A stretch of DNA of 64,000 bases from Octopus sinensis (GCF_006345805.1 NW_021833066.1:1-64000); one strand, 5' to 3'. Numbered from the stretch's first letter, positions 26,456 to 39,173 are shown. Notes: generated by a model from the letters alone, not told the origin. Translations and numbers: made by a program.

Positions 26456-26930
26456 GGAGGCGGTGAACTGGCAGAATCTTTATCACGCCAGACGAAATAC
26501 TAAGCGGTATTTCGTCTGCCGCTACGTTCTGAGTTCAAATTCCTCCGAGGTCGACTTTGCCTTTTATCCTCTCAGGGTCGATAAATTATGTACCAGTTAC
26601 GCACTGGGGTCGATGTAATCGACTTATCCGTTTGTCCTCCTTGTTTGGCCCCTCTGCGTTTAGCCCCTTGTGAGTAGTAAAGAAATAGGTATTTCGCCTG
26701 TCGCTATGTTCTGAGTTCAAATTCCGCCGAGGTCGACTTTGCCTTTCATCCTTTCGGGGTCGATAAATTAGCTAAGCACTTAGCGGCCATTTCGTCCGTC
26801 TTTACATTCTAATTTCAAATTCCACCAAAATCGATTTTGCTTTTCACCCTTTCGGGGTCAATGCATTGGGACCAATGTAAATGACTCGGCCCGACCCCAG
26901 TTCTCCCATAATTTCTAGTCTTGTGATTAT
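26456..26930 (+). mobile_element. SINE family A tandem array (about three units)
   Basis: Full unit 26456-26686, head-truncated unit from about 26688, third unit from about 26775 with the alternative tail. Confidence 0.8.
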
Positions 26931-27079
26931 GATAGAAAGGAAAATCGCTTCCAGGTTTTCGACCGAAACGATAAAGTTCAGTACCTGGGGTTAATTTAAT
27001 CCACGAACCTCAACCCTAAATATTTCGTTCTCTACTCTGTGAGAAACATTTATTATTATCATTATCCATTATAAGGCAG

Positions 27080-27380
27080 CGAGTTGGCTGAATCGCTAGC
27101 GTGTCGCTCTTAGTTCCAGCTCTTCACATTCTGAGTTCAAATTCCATCGAGGTCGACTAGCTTGGTGCCAAAATTTAAAAGATTAAATGTGGTGAACTGG
27201 CAGAATCGTTAGAGCGTCGCAAAAATAACTGCTTAGCCGTATTTCTTCTGGTTCTTTACGTCCTGAATTCAAATGCCACCTAAGTCGATAATATATGTAC
27301 CAGTGGAGCACTGGGATGTATGTAATCGGATTCAGCCACATTAGAAATTCCTGACCTTGTGCCAAAATTAGAAAGAATTT
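27080..27380 (+). mobile_element. Two SINE family A fragments
   Basis: TTCTGAGTTCAAATTCCATCGAGGTCGAC at about 27129; second unit from about 27190 with a CCTGACCTTGTGCCAAAA tail. Confidence 0.65.
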
Positions 27381-27587
27381 TTATTATTAATGTTGTTGTT
27401 GTTGTCTACCCCTCAGATGAACCGGATCAAACTAAATTATCAAAAGCATTAAAACCCTCACCAGCCCTTGGTTTTTTCCTTTTTATTCTTCCATAGTGTA
27501 GTATCTAAAGTTACACTATTCAATGTACTCATCATGTTTTTTCGCTAGAATGAAGTAGTAGTCCTTAAATTCTTTTGTACTCTAGGA

Positions 27588-27725
27588 ACAAGGCCCGAAA
27601 TTTGCAACTGGTACTTAATTTATCGACCCCGAAAGGATGAAAGGAAAAGTCGACCTCGGCGGAATTTGAACTCAGAACACGAAGACAGACGAAATACTGC
27701 TACGCATTTCGCTCGGCGTGCTCGC
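27588..27725 (-). mobile_element. SINE family A
   Basis: ATCGACCCCGAAAGGATGAAAGGAAAAGTCGACCTCGGCGGAATTTGAACTCAGAAC is the reverse complement of the family core. Confidence 0.8.
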
Positions 27726-28401
27726 TCGCCACCCACATATTTCTTTACCAAGGTAGGAGTTGAAAAAAACATTTAAAACTATTTTAATTTTAATAATTAT
27801 GGCAGTGAGTCTTCCTCTCACAGCCGCCGTTCCTTTCAGATCCGCTGCAGGAAAGAACGACAGAAGTGAGCTATTTAACTGCCAATTCTAGCAGGGCGAG
27901 CGGCCCCGTAGAGACATAACCCCCACTCATCATCTCTGCTATTGGCTCAGATTAATCTAATTATAACGAGTTGTGGAGAAACCAACGTAATAAAAATCAA
28001 ACCTTTCCGCTTTACTAATCACAACCGGAAATTGCATTTACGATGGAGGAATTCAAGTGATATATTGCTCATTTGAGAATCGAAACTTTGAAGAATTTTA
28101 TCAGAGTGGTGCCAGTGGGTTCCAAGAATAGATAAATGGTAATAAGAAACAAATAATATTCTACTGGGTCAAGTTGTTGTTGTTGTTGATGCTGTCATCG
28201 TTGTTGTTTTATTTTTGGCGGGGATTAATTAAAATGTTCTCCAAGTCCCCAGCAGAAGATATACGGAGATCAATGAAAGCAATTCATTCAAAATTTGATG
28301 TGAAATTTAACACCTGCAATTAAGCATTAAGGTAAACCAAAGATATAATTTGTGTGTAGATACTTATATAAATACATTTGATACACGCGTTATTATTACT
28401 A

Positions 28402-28459
<58 letters not shown>

Positions 28460-28675
28460 CGGTATTATCATTATTATCAATATTATTATTACCATTGTTG
28501 TTGTTGGTATTATTATTATCATTATTATTATTATTATGACTGCAGCTTACAGCGATAACAGTAAACAAATAAAAAGAACAAACAAAACGACAGGTTAATG
28601 ATATGTCGGAGAAAAGGAAAACCAATTCTCAGAGATCATTTTCTTCCCACACATACTTGTATGTATGTGTGTGTA

Positions 28676-29728
28676 TCTATATATATATATAAAACTGAGA
28701 ATGTGTGTCTGTCTGTCTGTGTGTTTCCCTAAAACATGAGAACTACACAACCAATTTCATTCAAATTTTATACATGCCTTACTTAGGGTCCATGTAGTTT
28801 CATGGGCAAAACAATATTCAACTTCTTGCCTAGGGTGAGCTCATAACCATATCATATCTACTCTACTATTTCAGAATTACGTGTTAAAAATGAAACAAAA
28901 ACATTTCTCTATTTTATGTCAGATGTTTCACTTTAACAATAAAAATTAGAGATAATAATAACAATTAAGTTATATGTAGTAAGTAATAATTAAAACCAAA
29001 CTAAATTATAATATAATAATTAAATCGTAACATAACAAAAGTAAAAATAGCAATGGTGTAAAATTGCATCAATGACTTGAATTTGAATAAGTGGTTTCAC
29101 ATGAATGGGAATAAATTAAAAATAAAATTAGCGTGCAGAAATAGAATAGTCCAGATGGATGATAAAAAATTAAATTAAAGAAAAGACTATTGTCCATAAA
29201 GTATACAATGTAGAGAATAAAGAAGATTTGAACACCTGGAGGAAAGCACCTTCGAAAAGTGTCTTGGTGCGACTATGAAAGATATCTAACCAGAGGCGGT
29301 AAATTCGCCACAATAGAAGCAAGGTTCGAGTCAACGGAGCATTCAAGGGAGTACTCGACTCGAACTTGCAAAGTGGAAATATTTTATTTTTACCTTTATA
29401 TCTGGGATGTAGGATGTCCCGGATAAAAATTTAAAATGCTCCCCCCAGCAAAAAAAAAGTAGTGGTAGGCTGGATTGTAGCCACACTTCTATACAAGAGG
29501 GAGGACAAGATACAATTGATCGAAATTGAAAGAGACGGGCTTACAATTCCAGTCTGTTATATATTTTGAGTATTGTTATCACTAGCGATATCAAGATATA
29601 ACTTTGTATTTTGTATTTTATGTATAGATGTATATATATTTAGATGTAAACGTAATATGTACACATATATATACACATATATACATGCACTAGCACTATG
29701 ACCCGGCAACGACGAGTCATAATGCTAG
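28676..29728 (+). mobile_element. Non-autonomous Helitron
   Basis: A|TC 5' end at 28676, GTCT repeat near the 5' end, subterminal hairpin TATGAC..GTCATA (29697-29721), and CTAG|T 3' end at 29725-29728. Confidence 0.85.
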
Positions 29729-29759
<31 letters not shown>

Positions 29760-29859
29760 GTATGTATTCTTTTATTATTTTATTTTTTAGTGTTTTTAGT
29801 TTTAGGACTGAAGCCATGCTGGCGCCCCGACTTTATTTCCTTTCAGTTTTCTTGTCGTT

Positions 29860-30893
29860 TTGTAGCTGGGAGTTGATTTATGATAGAATTTGTAGCAGCT
29901 GACCTTTCCTGAGTGTATCCTTAAATGGTTTAATATTTCAGTAGAGATACCTTTTATATTTCTGAACAGTTGAACAGTTGAGGGCCTCTAAATATCAGGC
30001 TGGCACAGTTGAGAGATTTTGCTCGTGATTCCGAAAGTGGTATATTTGGAAGCTGACAGTATCTACCAGTTCGTGTATTAAATTTCTCTCTAATACCAAA
30101 GTTTGGAACTTACCTTTGCAGGGTTTTCTTTACGTGCATTTTAGTATATCTCTCTCCTCAGCGATCAAGAGACGCAAAGCTTTCAGGTGTTTCCAAACGT
30201 TCTTTGTAATCCTTTAGTCTTTTCTATGAAACCGGATGTTTTTGGAGACCAAAACTGTGAGCAGTAATCTAATCTGCTCAGAACTAAGGTTTTCCATACA
30301 GTTACCATAACAACTGATTCTTGTGTCACGAGGCTTCGTAGAATCCATCCTAAAAGATGTCTGCATTTAAAAGTTAGTTTGGTGATGTAGCAAATGAAAG
30401 AGGCATTGTTTCGGGATGTCATTATCGCTCTGAGTTATTGTGTGATTTGGTGTCAAATAATGTGGTTTGTGTGTAATCTCTCCGTAGTGCAGAACCAGCA
30501 ATTTTGCTGTATTCATATTCTTTTGGTATGTCCATTGATAAAAGAGATTTAGCTCATTCTGGAGTGTGGTGGCATCTTTTGGAGTTTCGATAGCCGTCAA
30601 TATTTGTGTCATTAGCGTAACACGTTAGGTTGTCCGAGTGCACTTGTGGTGACGATAAATAACAATGGCCCTTGAGCCGTGCCCAGAGGCACGCTACTTA
30701 TTACAGGTGACTTGGCGGAGAGAAAACCATTTACAAAAACAGATTGATTCCTACCCTGTAAGTCAAAGAGCCACTCTTCGAGTTTTCCTTTGATACCAAG
30801 ATCTCTGAGCCTATGACAGATGATCCCGTTATCAATCTTGTCAAACGCTTTAGCAAAATCAAGGTTTATACACTCAGTGTACACTCCTCTTCC
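29860..30893 (-). mobile_element. CR1-like LINE RT, 3' part
   Basis: LDFAKAFDKIDNGIICHRLRDLG, SVPLGTAQGPLLF, WKTLVLSRLDYCSQFWSP; decayed. Confidence 0.9.
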
Positions 30894-30904
30894 ATTATTA
30901 TTTT

Positions 30905-31643
30905 TATTTTGTGTTTGACTTTTGCTTTGCATTTGTACAGGTTGGCTCCAAGTCTCACCCAGAGACCTCAAGAGACAACAAATTAGAAGTTCATGTTGGT
31001 GTTATGTCTAGGGTGCCATATATTTGGTTTTGTACATAGTGTTGTTCTAGAGAATGTTTAAGAAACCATAAGAAAATTATGTTTGCTTAAAAACTTGAGA
31101 TTACATAGAAAGTATTTTGCGTAGGATATGAGCAGTTCCCATGAGCACTATCTTTTGAATTTCTGCCATTTTGGGGTTTCCTAGTATCTGAGCTAGGTAG
31201 CAATCAGCCCCTTTTACTATCATTCCCAGCGCACCTATGACAACAGGTATTGTTTTAGTTTTCAGGTTCCACATTTTGATGATTTCTATTTCAAGATCTT
31301 TATATTTGCTCAGTTTTTGGTAGGTCTTGAGAGATACGTTTATATCGATTGGGACAGACATATCAAAGAGGAGGCATGTTCTTTGTCTGAAGTCTTTCAA
31401 TATGATGTCTGGCCTATTTGCATCTATCTTTCTGTCAGTTTGAATGGTGAAGTTCCAGAGGAGTGAGATATGGTCATTTTCAAGCACTGGAGGTGGTTTG
31501 TGTTCCCACCAATTTTTATCATGGGGCAAGTCCAGGCTTTTGCAAATTAACCAGTGAATATATTGTGCAGCTCTATCATGCTTGTTGAGATATTCTGTAG
31601 GCGCTAGAAGACTGCACATGGAGACAAAATGATCATTGATTTC
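30905..31643 (-). mobile_element. 5'-truncated R4/Dong-like (RLE) non-LTR retrotransposon
   Basis: ORF 31101-31619: EYLNKHD, WWEHKP, ANRPDIIL (RLE PD motif), KYKDL, PVVIGALG, QKIVLMGTAHILRK. 3' UTR to about 30911; (AAT)n at the 5' end and short AAT at the 3' end on its sense strand. Confidence 0.92.
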
Positions 31644-31737
<94 letters not shown>

Positions 31738-32295
31738 GAGTGAGAGAGCAGTGCATGCCATCAAAGTGACACTGGGATAAAATATACGAAGCCCAGTATA
31801 CCCATCATGACTACCTGTCTGATAAGGTTACACCAGGCACATGCATCACAGCCATATGTGCGAGACATAGTGATCTCATATCAAGATAAACAGCACATGA
31901 CCTTGTAGGTGGGGCCCAGTTGGAATTTTCTTCTTATCGAGTAACCCCTCTCACACAAAAGGTCCCTGAATAAGGGTTGTTTAAGGATTTTGAATGAAAC
32001 ACCCATGTTTCCAAAGGTGAATTATCCAAACCCCGAAGAATTCCTCTCAACACATGGCTATGATGCTACCCCACTACTTCTGCTCCTGTTCAGAGATGCA
32101 CATATCGTCAGCCACTAAGGGACATGCTCAACTGGTTGAGGTCAAACAACTGACAAGCATATCTGTGGTATTGAGCAGAATATTTGCTGTAGCCCATCTT
32201 TTATACAAAGACAAAACAATGTACATGATAACACTTCCAATCAGTTAAGATCAGAAGCCATGAGAGCCACTGCCTGGTACTGCATCAGGGCATTT
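31738..32295 (-). mobile_element. ~555 bp non-coding element in (AAT)n (copy 3)
   Basis: Colinear with 25797-26359; (ATT)n on both sides. Confidence 0.9.
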
Positions 32296-32311
32296 ATTAT
32301 TATTATTATTA

Positions 32312-32389
<78 letters not shown>

Positions 32390-32419
32390 CATTATAATAA
32401 TAATAATAATAATAATAAT

Positions 32420-32473
<54 letters not shown>

Positions 32474-32476
<3 letters not shown>

Positions 32477-32890
32477 ATAGTGTTATGATGCTCTAATAAT
32501 TGTTACAGGCAACTTCGTCCAGTCCGAAAACTAAGTTGTATATTATCTAAGAGGTTGTTTTCTTCAAGGTACGTAATGATTCTTCGTCGGACAATGCGTC
32601 CGATAATTTTAGTTGTGTGAGATGTGAGAGAATAGGTCTGTAATTTTTTCAGCTTCAACCCAGCTAACTGATACTACTGCGTCTTTCTGTAGTTTTGGGA
32701 ATTGGCCGGTGCCTAGCGACTTTTGAAATAGTGTCTTTAATGGTTTGTCGAGGCTGTGTTTGCACATTTTTCACACTATGGCTGGGAGACCATCTGTTCC
32801 AGTTTGCATAATATCTTTAATTTCTAGACGTGCCTCTGCAGTTGAATTCTGAGGATCAAACAATTCGTTTTGATTATGTTCTATTTTGTT
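32474..32890 (-). mobile_element. CR1-like LINE RT, upstream part (continues into 30893)
   Basis: Manual minus translation TGTDGLPAIV*KMCK..KNYRPI..RIITYLEENNLLDNIQLSFRTGRSCL*QLLEHHN, which precedes LDFAKAFD in CR1 RT. Confidence 0.8.
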
Positions 32891-33234
32891 GATAATGGGT
32901 CGGGTGTTAGCTTGTTTACGTTTCCGTAACTTAGTGGTGCGGCAAAGGAGACTGATAAAAAATAAATGCCAGAGTTTAAATACGACACTACTCCGATCGA
33001 TTTGTTCGACTAAGCACTTCAAGGCGGTGCCCCAGCATGTCACATTCCAAGGACTGAATAAAGGGAAAGATAAATTGTGAAAGATAAAAGACAAGCTTTT
33101 TAAGGGGCAATTCTTTTTGTAGTGGCCCTATTAGTTACGCCCTCAGCCACTCTTTCTAACCACACTGATGATACGAAAATCACTGAGGTAACCAAGGGCC
33201 CTCGCGATGCAGCAAACTGAAATGAATATCTTAA

Positions 33235-33405
33235 TGCCGTTATGTTCTGAGTTCAAATTCCGCCGCGGTCGACTTTGCCTTTCATTCTTTCGGTGTTGAT
33301 TAAATAATTAGTTACGCACTGGCGTCGGTGTAATTGCCTTAATTCCATTGTCTGTCCTTGTTTGCCCCCGTCTATATTTAACCCCTTGTGGGCAATAAAG
33401 AAATA
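33235..33405 (+). mobile_element. SINE family A (head-truncated) with Tx1-like tail
   Basis: Family core plus CCCCTTGTGGGCAATAAAGAAATA. Confidence 0.85.
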
Positions 33406-33948
33406 AATATCTTAATGTAAGTGGGTTGAATTAAATAGCATGCAATTTCATGCTGGAAATTTTTCAAATTCTTCTTTATTGCCCTCCGAACATTCTACAA
33501 CCCGTACACACAGGGCCTGGAGGGACTGCAGTTTCAGAGACACAGTCAATGCATAACCTGGGAATAAATATTAACAGTGATTCCATCTTTGCATTTTTTC
33601 CAAGCACGCATTACCAAAATGGCAATGATGTGCCAAAGACTGGCGACAGGTGTCATTTACTCACACACGCACACACGTGAGCGCATATACCTTAATGTGC
33701 CTGTTTTTTTATATCAAGTAATAACAAAATTAATTTAGCATTAATCTAAATAATTACTAAATGTCTACGATACTCTTAAAAGAAGAGGGATGATAGTGAC
33801 TTCGAAGTTTCGCCTGACGAAAACTAGCACGCTTCTTGTGACAGTGTAATTTATATAGACAGACAGACAGACGGACGGACGGACGAATAGAGATAGATAG
33901 ATAGATAGACAGACATACAGACATATGTATGTATATATACATACATAT

Positions 33949-33982
<34 letters not shown>

Positions 33983-34000
33983 GTATGCATGTATACATAC

Positions 34001-34032
<32 letters not shown>

Positions 34033-35094
34033 ATATATATATATGTATATATTTATTTATATTATATTGAGGGTACTACTATTCGTAGATACCAACACGC
34101 TAAGAGGGACCAATGCGGTCAAAACTACTAAAAATAAACAAAATTTTACCGAATGCAAAACTTCAAAACACATCATTTTAAAAAAGAATTCAGTTACATA
34201 TCACATGTGATTTCGCATTTAATGCAGAATATGCATTTCATGTTCATCAGTGCAACAAACTCAAGAAATATAAGAAAAAACATAACGTTACAAGCTCGAT
34301 AGCCAACCGTAGAATTCGTCGTAGCATGTACGAATGTTTATCTTTACATATCTATGAAAATGGCGGGCTTATTCGCAATGCATTTCGGTAAAAATTGTCT
34401 AGTCGGTGAAAAATATAAATTAACAATTGAGGATAAAATCTTTAAAAGAAATTATCAGTAGTCAGCGTGAAAAACCTCGTAAGAGAAAAAATCCGTAAAT
34501 TCTTCCTCTTTGAAAATATTCATTTATATTATATATACATATATATATGTTTGTAGATATATGCATATACATACATACTTATTTATATTTACACATATAA
34601 TTATCCACACAATAAGGAAACAAAAACTCCATCTCGTGACGCTTAAAATCTAACCAACCAAGTAATATCAATAAAATGGTCCAATTGAAAGAATTTAGGA
34701 TAACATAGAAATTGCAGTATAGGGGAGGATTTCTTCCAAGCATTTCACTTATCTGAATTTATTAGAGTTATCTTTTACTTGGTTTCATATGGCAGAACAC
34801 CCTAGGGGGAGTATCTGTCTATTGATTTCATGTATAGGATAATCGAAGTTTCTCGGCACACTCTATTGCAAATGTGCCAACTTTCTTCAAAAGTATTAAG
34901 TATGCAGAGGTAGTTTTTCTCTCAGCCATTAGGTGCATATGCTTACATTCTACAAGTAATGCTGGTGCAGTAGATGAAGTTAATAACACCGCTTCTTGGT
35001 TCGTACAAGGTAGACCCGGCAACATCGATCCTGAAAAGTGACAGGTTTATCATTAAACAACAGCAGCAATTCAAACGTTCACAATTACTTTCCG

Positions 35095-35322
35095 GCTAGC
35101 TGGCAGAACCGTTAGCACGCCGGGCGAAATGCGTAGCCGTATTTCGTCTGCCGTTACGTTCTGAGTTCAAATTCCGCCGAGGTCAACTTTACCTTTCATC
35201 CTTTCGGGGTCGATGAATTAAGTACCAGTTACGCACTGGGGCCGATATAATCGACTTAATCCTTTTGTCTGACCTTGTATGTACCGTCTGTGTTTAGCTC
35301 CTTGTGGGTAGTAAAGAAATAG
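35095..35322 (+). mobile_element. SINE family A with Tx1-like tail
   Basis: Full head, core and tail GTCTGTGTTTAGCTCCTTGTGGGTAGTAAAGAAATA. Confidence 0.9.
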
Positions 35323-35559
35323 GTACACAATAACTTTCCGATCGAATCCAGAACGGTGCCTCTATGCTCTTGCTCACCCTTTGAGAAATAGCAGTTAAGT
35401 CACACTTAACTTTCAACCTACATTCGTTAGTTTTATACGACAAAATTTCCAGTTTTTCCACGATGCCAAGATCACGCAATTTGCAACACCCCAAAAGACA
35501 TAATACGGCATCTAGAATTGAGGCTAGTAAACTGTTATACTTTGTTAATTTGTTAATTC

Positions 35560-35750
35560 TCCTCTTTGGGGCAGAAACTTAGACAAATATACACAGCAAA
35601 GGAGAAAAGAGAAGCGTTTACAATGTGGATCTTTCACAAATTAGGAAGAACGAGCTGGAAAGAGAGGCTGCCAAATGCTGCCTTTCTAGAAAAAGCAGAA
35701 AGTCCAACGACACCTATTGTCGAGAATCAAATTCATAACGCTTTCATATC
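35560..35750 (+). mobile_element. RTE LINE RT C-terminal fragment
   Basis: FGAET*T / EAFTMWIFHKLGRTSWKE matches RTE-type LYGAETWT..EAFEMW..SW. Confidence 0.55.
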
Positions 35751-36360
35751 TTGAGGCGGAGAGAATCGTTTTCGACCCACGAAAGTCCTTAGCGGAATGT
35801 CTTCCGACTTTGCGTTCTTAGTTCAAATATCACCGGTGTTATTTTTGTCTTTTATTCTGTCGGAGATCGATAAAATAAATATCAGTGGAACACTGGGGAC
35901 GATGTATTCGACTTATCCCTTCTCCCAGAATTGCTAGTCTCCTACTAAAATTTGAAATCAATGCTGTCATATCTTGAGCCACAAGTCATTGCCCAAGACC
36001 GATTCTGACTGGAAGCGGTGGCAGAGAAGAGAACCAGAAGCCGTAGAAGACGTCTGTGGAGAACATACAATAAAAAAAGAGGCAGAGTTGTAGAGTATTG
36101 GCAAGATGAATACGGATTACAGGAAGGGCACCTGGCAGGTGATGTGTGACAAGGTAATCAGATGTTAAAGGCGGGGCGAAATGCTTAGCGGCATTTCGTC
36201 CGTCTTTACGTTCTGATTTTAAATTCCGCCGAGGTTGACTTTGCATTTTATCCCTTCGAAATCAATAGAATAAGTACCAGCGGAGCATTGGTGAATATAA
36301 TCGATTTAGCCACATCCTCGAAAATTGCCGGCATTGTGCCATAATTTGAAACCAATATTT
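35750..36360 (+). mobile_element. Two decayed SINE family A copies with the alternative tail (about 35750-35960 and 36165-36360)
   Basis: Family core with AATTG(CT/CC)(A/G)G..(AA)TTTGAAA(T/C)CAAT tails. Confidence 0.65.
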
Positions 36361-36829
36361 TCAGAAATTGTCCTTCCATTTCTTTTTTTCTCACTTGAGA
36401 TGGCACGGTTTCAATTCAGAGAATTTTGGCTGCTGTTTCTAGCAGATTATCCGAATGAGTAATAGTCCCGTAACGGTGTCAGAAATTAAGGGTTGCGGTG
36501 GTTAACAAGGTTTTGGTTATGTTGGTTACTTCCTGGTTGTCATGGTCCTTGTGGTGTTGTTGCTGGTTTAGGTGGTTGTTTTGTTGTTTTTTTTAGTTGT
36601 GTCGGGCAAGAGTGGGGTATGGAACCGGGTGCGATAATTGCGCCAATGGAGGTGGGGCGAGGCGGGGTTGAAAACGAAGTGGATGACCAACTATGACATT
36701 TTGAATTGATCGGTGGAATAACAAGATTTCCACCATCGCCAAAGGCACGTCTGTTTGTTGTGTATTTGACAGGACACAATATGGCGCACAATAGCACTAA
36801 TTACTGACTCAAATAATAATATAAGTATG

Positions 36830-36962
36830 GATGCATGTATATGTGTGTGTGTGTATCCGTGTGTGTATCCGTGCGCGCGCGTGTGTATATGCGTGTGTAA
36901 GCAATGTAATATATGCATATACATATAAGCATATACATATATGTATATATAAAATGCATACG

Positions 36963-36993
<31 letters not shown>

Positions 36994-37290
36994 ATGTGTG
37001 TAGGTGTGTTTATGTCTGTGCGCGCGTGTGTATATGCGTGTGTAAGCAATGTAATATATGCATATACATATACGCATATATACATATATGTATGTATAAA
37101 ATGCATACGTATATATATACGTGTGTGTTTATGTGTGTAGGTGTGTTTATGTCCGTGCGCGCGCGTGTGCATATGTGTTTGTTCGCAATACATATGTAAT
37201 ATATACATAATTATATACGCATATATATATGTATATATAAAATGTATACGTGTATATATATATACACGTGTGTGTGTGTGTGTGTACATA
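36830..37290. repeat. Higher-order ~140-150 bp tandem repeat (x3) of alternating purine-pyrimidine sequence
   Basis: GTGCGCGC(GC)GTGTG recurs at about 36870, 37018 and 37155, each followed by an ATAAAATG(C/T)ATACG motif. Confidence 0.85.
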
Positions 37291-37945
37291 GTTATGTATG
37301 CAGGTATGTACGCAGTGTCGTGAAAATTGAAAGGCGAGACACACATTCAGTTCCAACAAATTATGCAAGTGTACACAGCATAAACGCACTACATAAGCAC
37401 ATACACATTACACACACACGCATATATACATACACACCCACACACAAATGCGTGTGCACTTCTGTGTAAAGTGTTTTATACGCATGCGTCTTGGTGCCGA
37501 AGTAAACACTGTTTCCATAAGCTATGCGTTAGTAGATGTGTATGCGTGTATTTGTTTGTGCGTACGTGTTTGTGTACAAGTATGAACGCATTATATCAAC
37601 ATACCCATAAATATGCATATTTATATATGATATATATGTATCTGTATGTATATATAAGTATATATATATACATATATATATATACACTTATATATATTTA
37701 TATATATATATATATATATATACATATATATACATACATATATACATACATAAATATATATATGTATATATATATACATACGTATATATATATTTCATAT
37801 GTATAGAAGTCTTTCTATGTGCATGTGTGTGTCCTAACCTATATGTGTGTATTCGTTCGAATGTAAAAATTTAAATGTATATATTTATATAATGCAATAT
37901 CTAAGTGAACTACATATTTGTGGGTATAACACACACACACACACA

Positions 37946-38020
<75 letters not shown>

Positions 38021-38061
38021 TATACATACATATATATATGTATATATATATATATATATAT

Positions 38062-38320
38062 AAAGTTAATTCAAACAAGAAAGCACAAAAAACACAACAT
38101 ATATAAACATCTACATACATACATATATATATATATACATATATATATCTACATACATATATGTATACATACATATATATACATACATACACACGTGTAT
38201 ACACATATATATATATGTGTGTGTGTGTGTGTGTTTGTGTGTGTATGTATGTGTGTGTGCGTGCATGTGTGTGTATCAAATGAATGTATATAAATCGAAG
38301 GTGTGAGTGAAAGAAGGAGA

Positions 38321-38363
<43 letters not shown>

Positions 38364-39072
38364 AAATGTCGGATAAGACGAAAAGTTTTAAAATAATATA
38401 ATCAGGCAATTACTAGCGCAGTGTTATTTAGATTCTCATTGGTTGTCTTTCAATAACATTTATTGACGTAGAAGTCGATTATTGGTTAGCAATTTCCGGG
38501 CATTCTCATTTAACATGGCTCTCGGTGGCGGTAGCTTTATTTCGAAAGCGGATATTTGTTGTTCTTCTCAACTAGAAGCCTTCCATCTTCAAAGTTTGCA
38601 ATGGCAATTGAGAATTTTTAAATGTAACAGCCAAAAGCAATTTAAGATTTGCGGCCTAACCTCTTCAAGATGTTTGACGCGTTTCCATCAACAAGCGTCC
38701 AGCCATTTTTACTTATTTTTTCGTTTCTTCTTTATTTTTTTTCTTTCTATTTCTTTTATTTTTTTTTACTGAATTTTTATTTTATATTTGAAGAACCGAT
38801 ACAGAGTAAAGGCAGCGTTTGGTTTTGTGGGACGAACTTCTTTTCCGTTGATGATTTTATGAATCATTCGTAGCAACAAGCCTACACACACGCACACACA
38901 GAAAGAAAGAGGAGAGAGAGAGACAGACAGATAGACAGAAAGAGAGAGATAGCCACACATTCAGAATACATGTGTGTAAGGCACTCCTATGTACGTATCT
39001 ACATAATTGGTACTCACATATGTACATAGGTATATTTATATATATACATGCATATATGTCTGTATATATAAT

Positions 39073-39104
<32 letters not shown>

Positions 39105-39139
39105 TTACATATATATGTATATGCATATATATGTGTCTG

Positions 39140-39173
<34 letters not shown>

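Noticed and set aside
32054-32248. 64-aa ORF inside the 555 bp element
   Set aside because: No domain similarity and not evidently preserved as an ORF in all copies.
33165-33195. CTGATGA TAC GAAA hammerhead-like string
   Set aside because: No stem II is possible; it reads DDTKI, so it is more likely a LINE RT remnant.
36493-36797. G/T-rich stretch with short ORFs
   Set aside because: Low complexity with no motif; I could not assign it.
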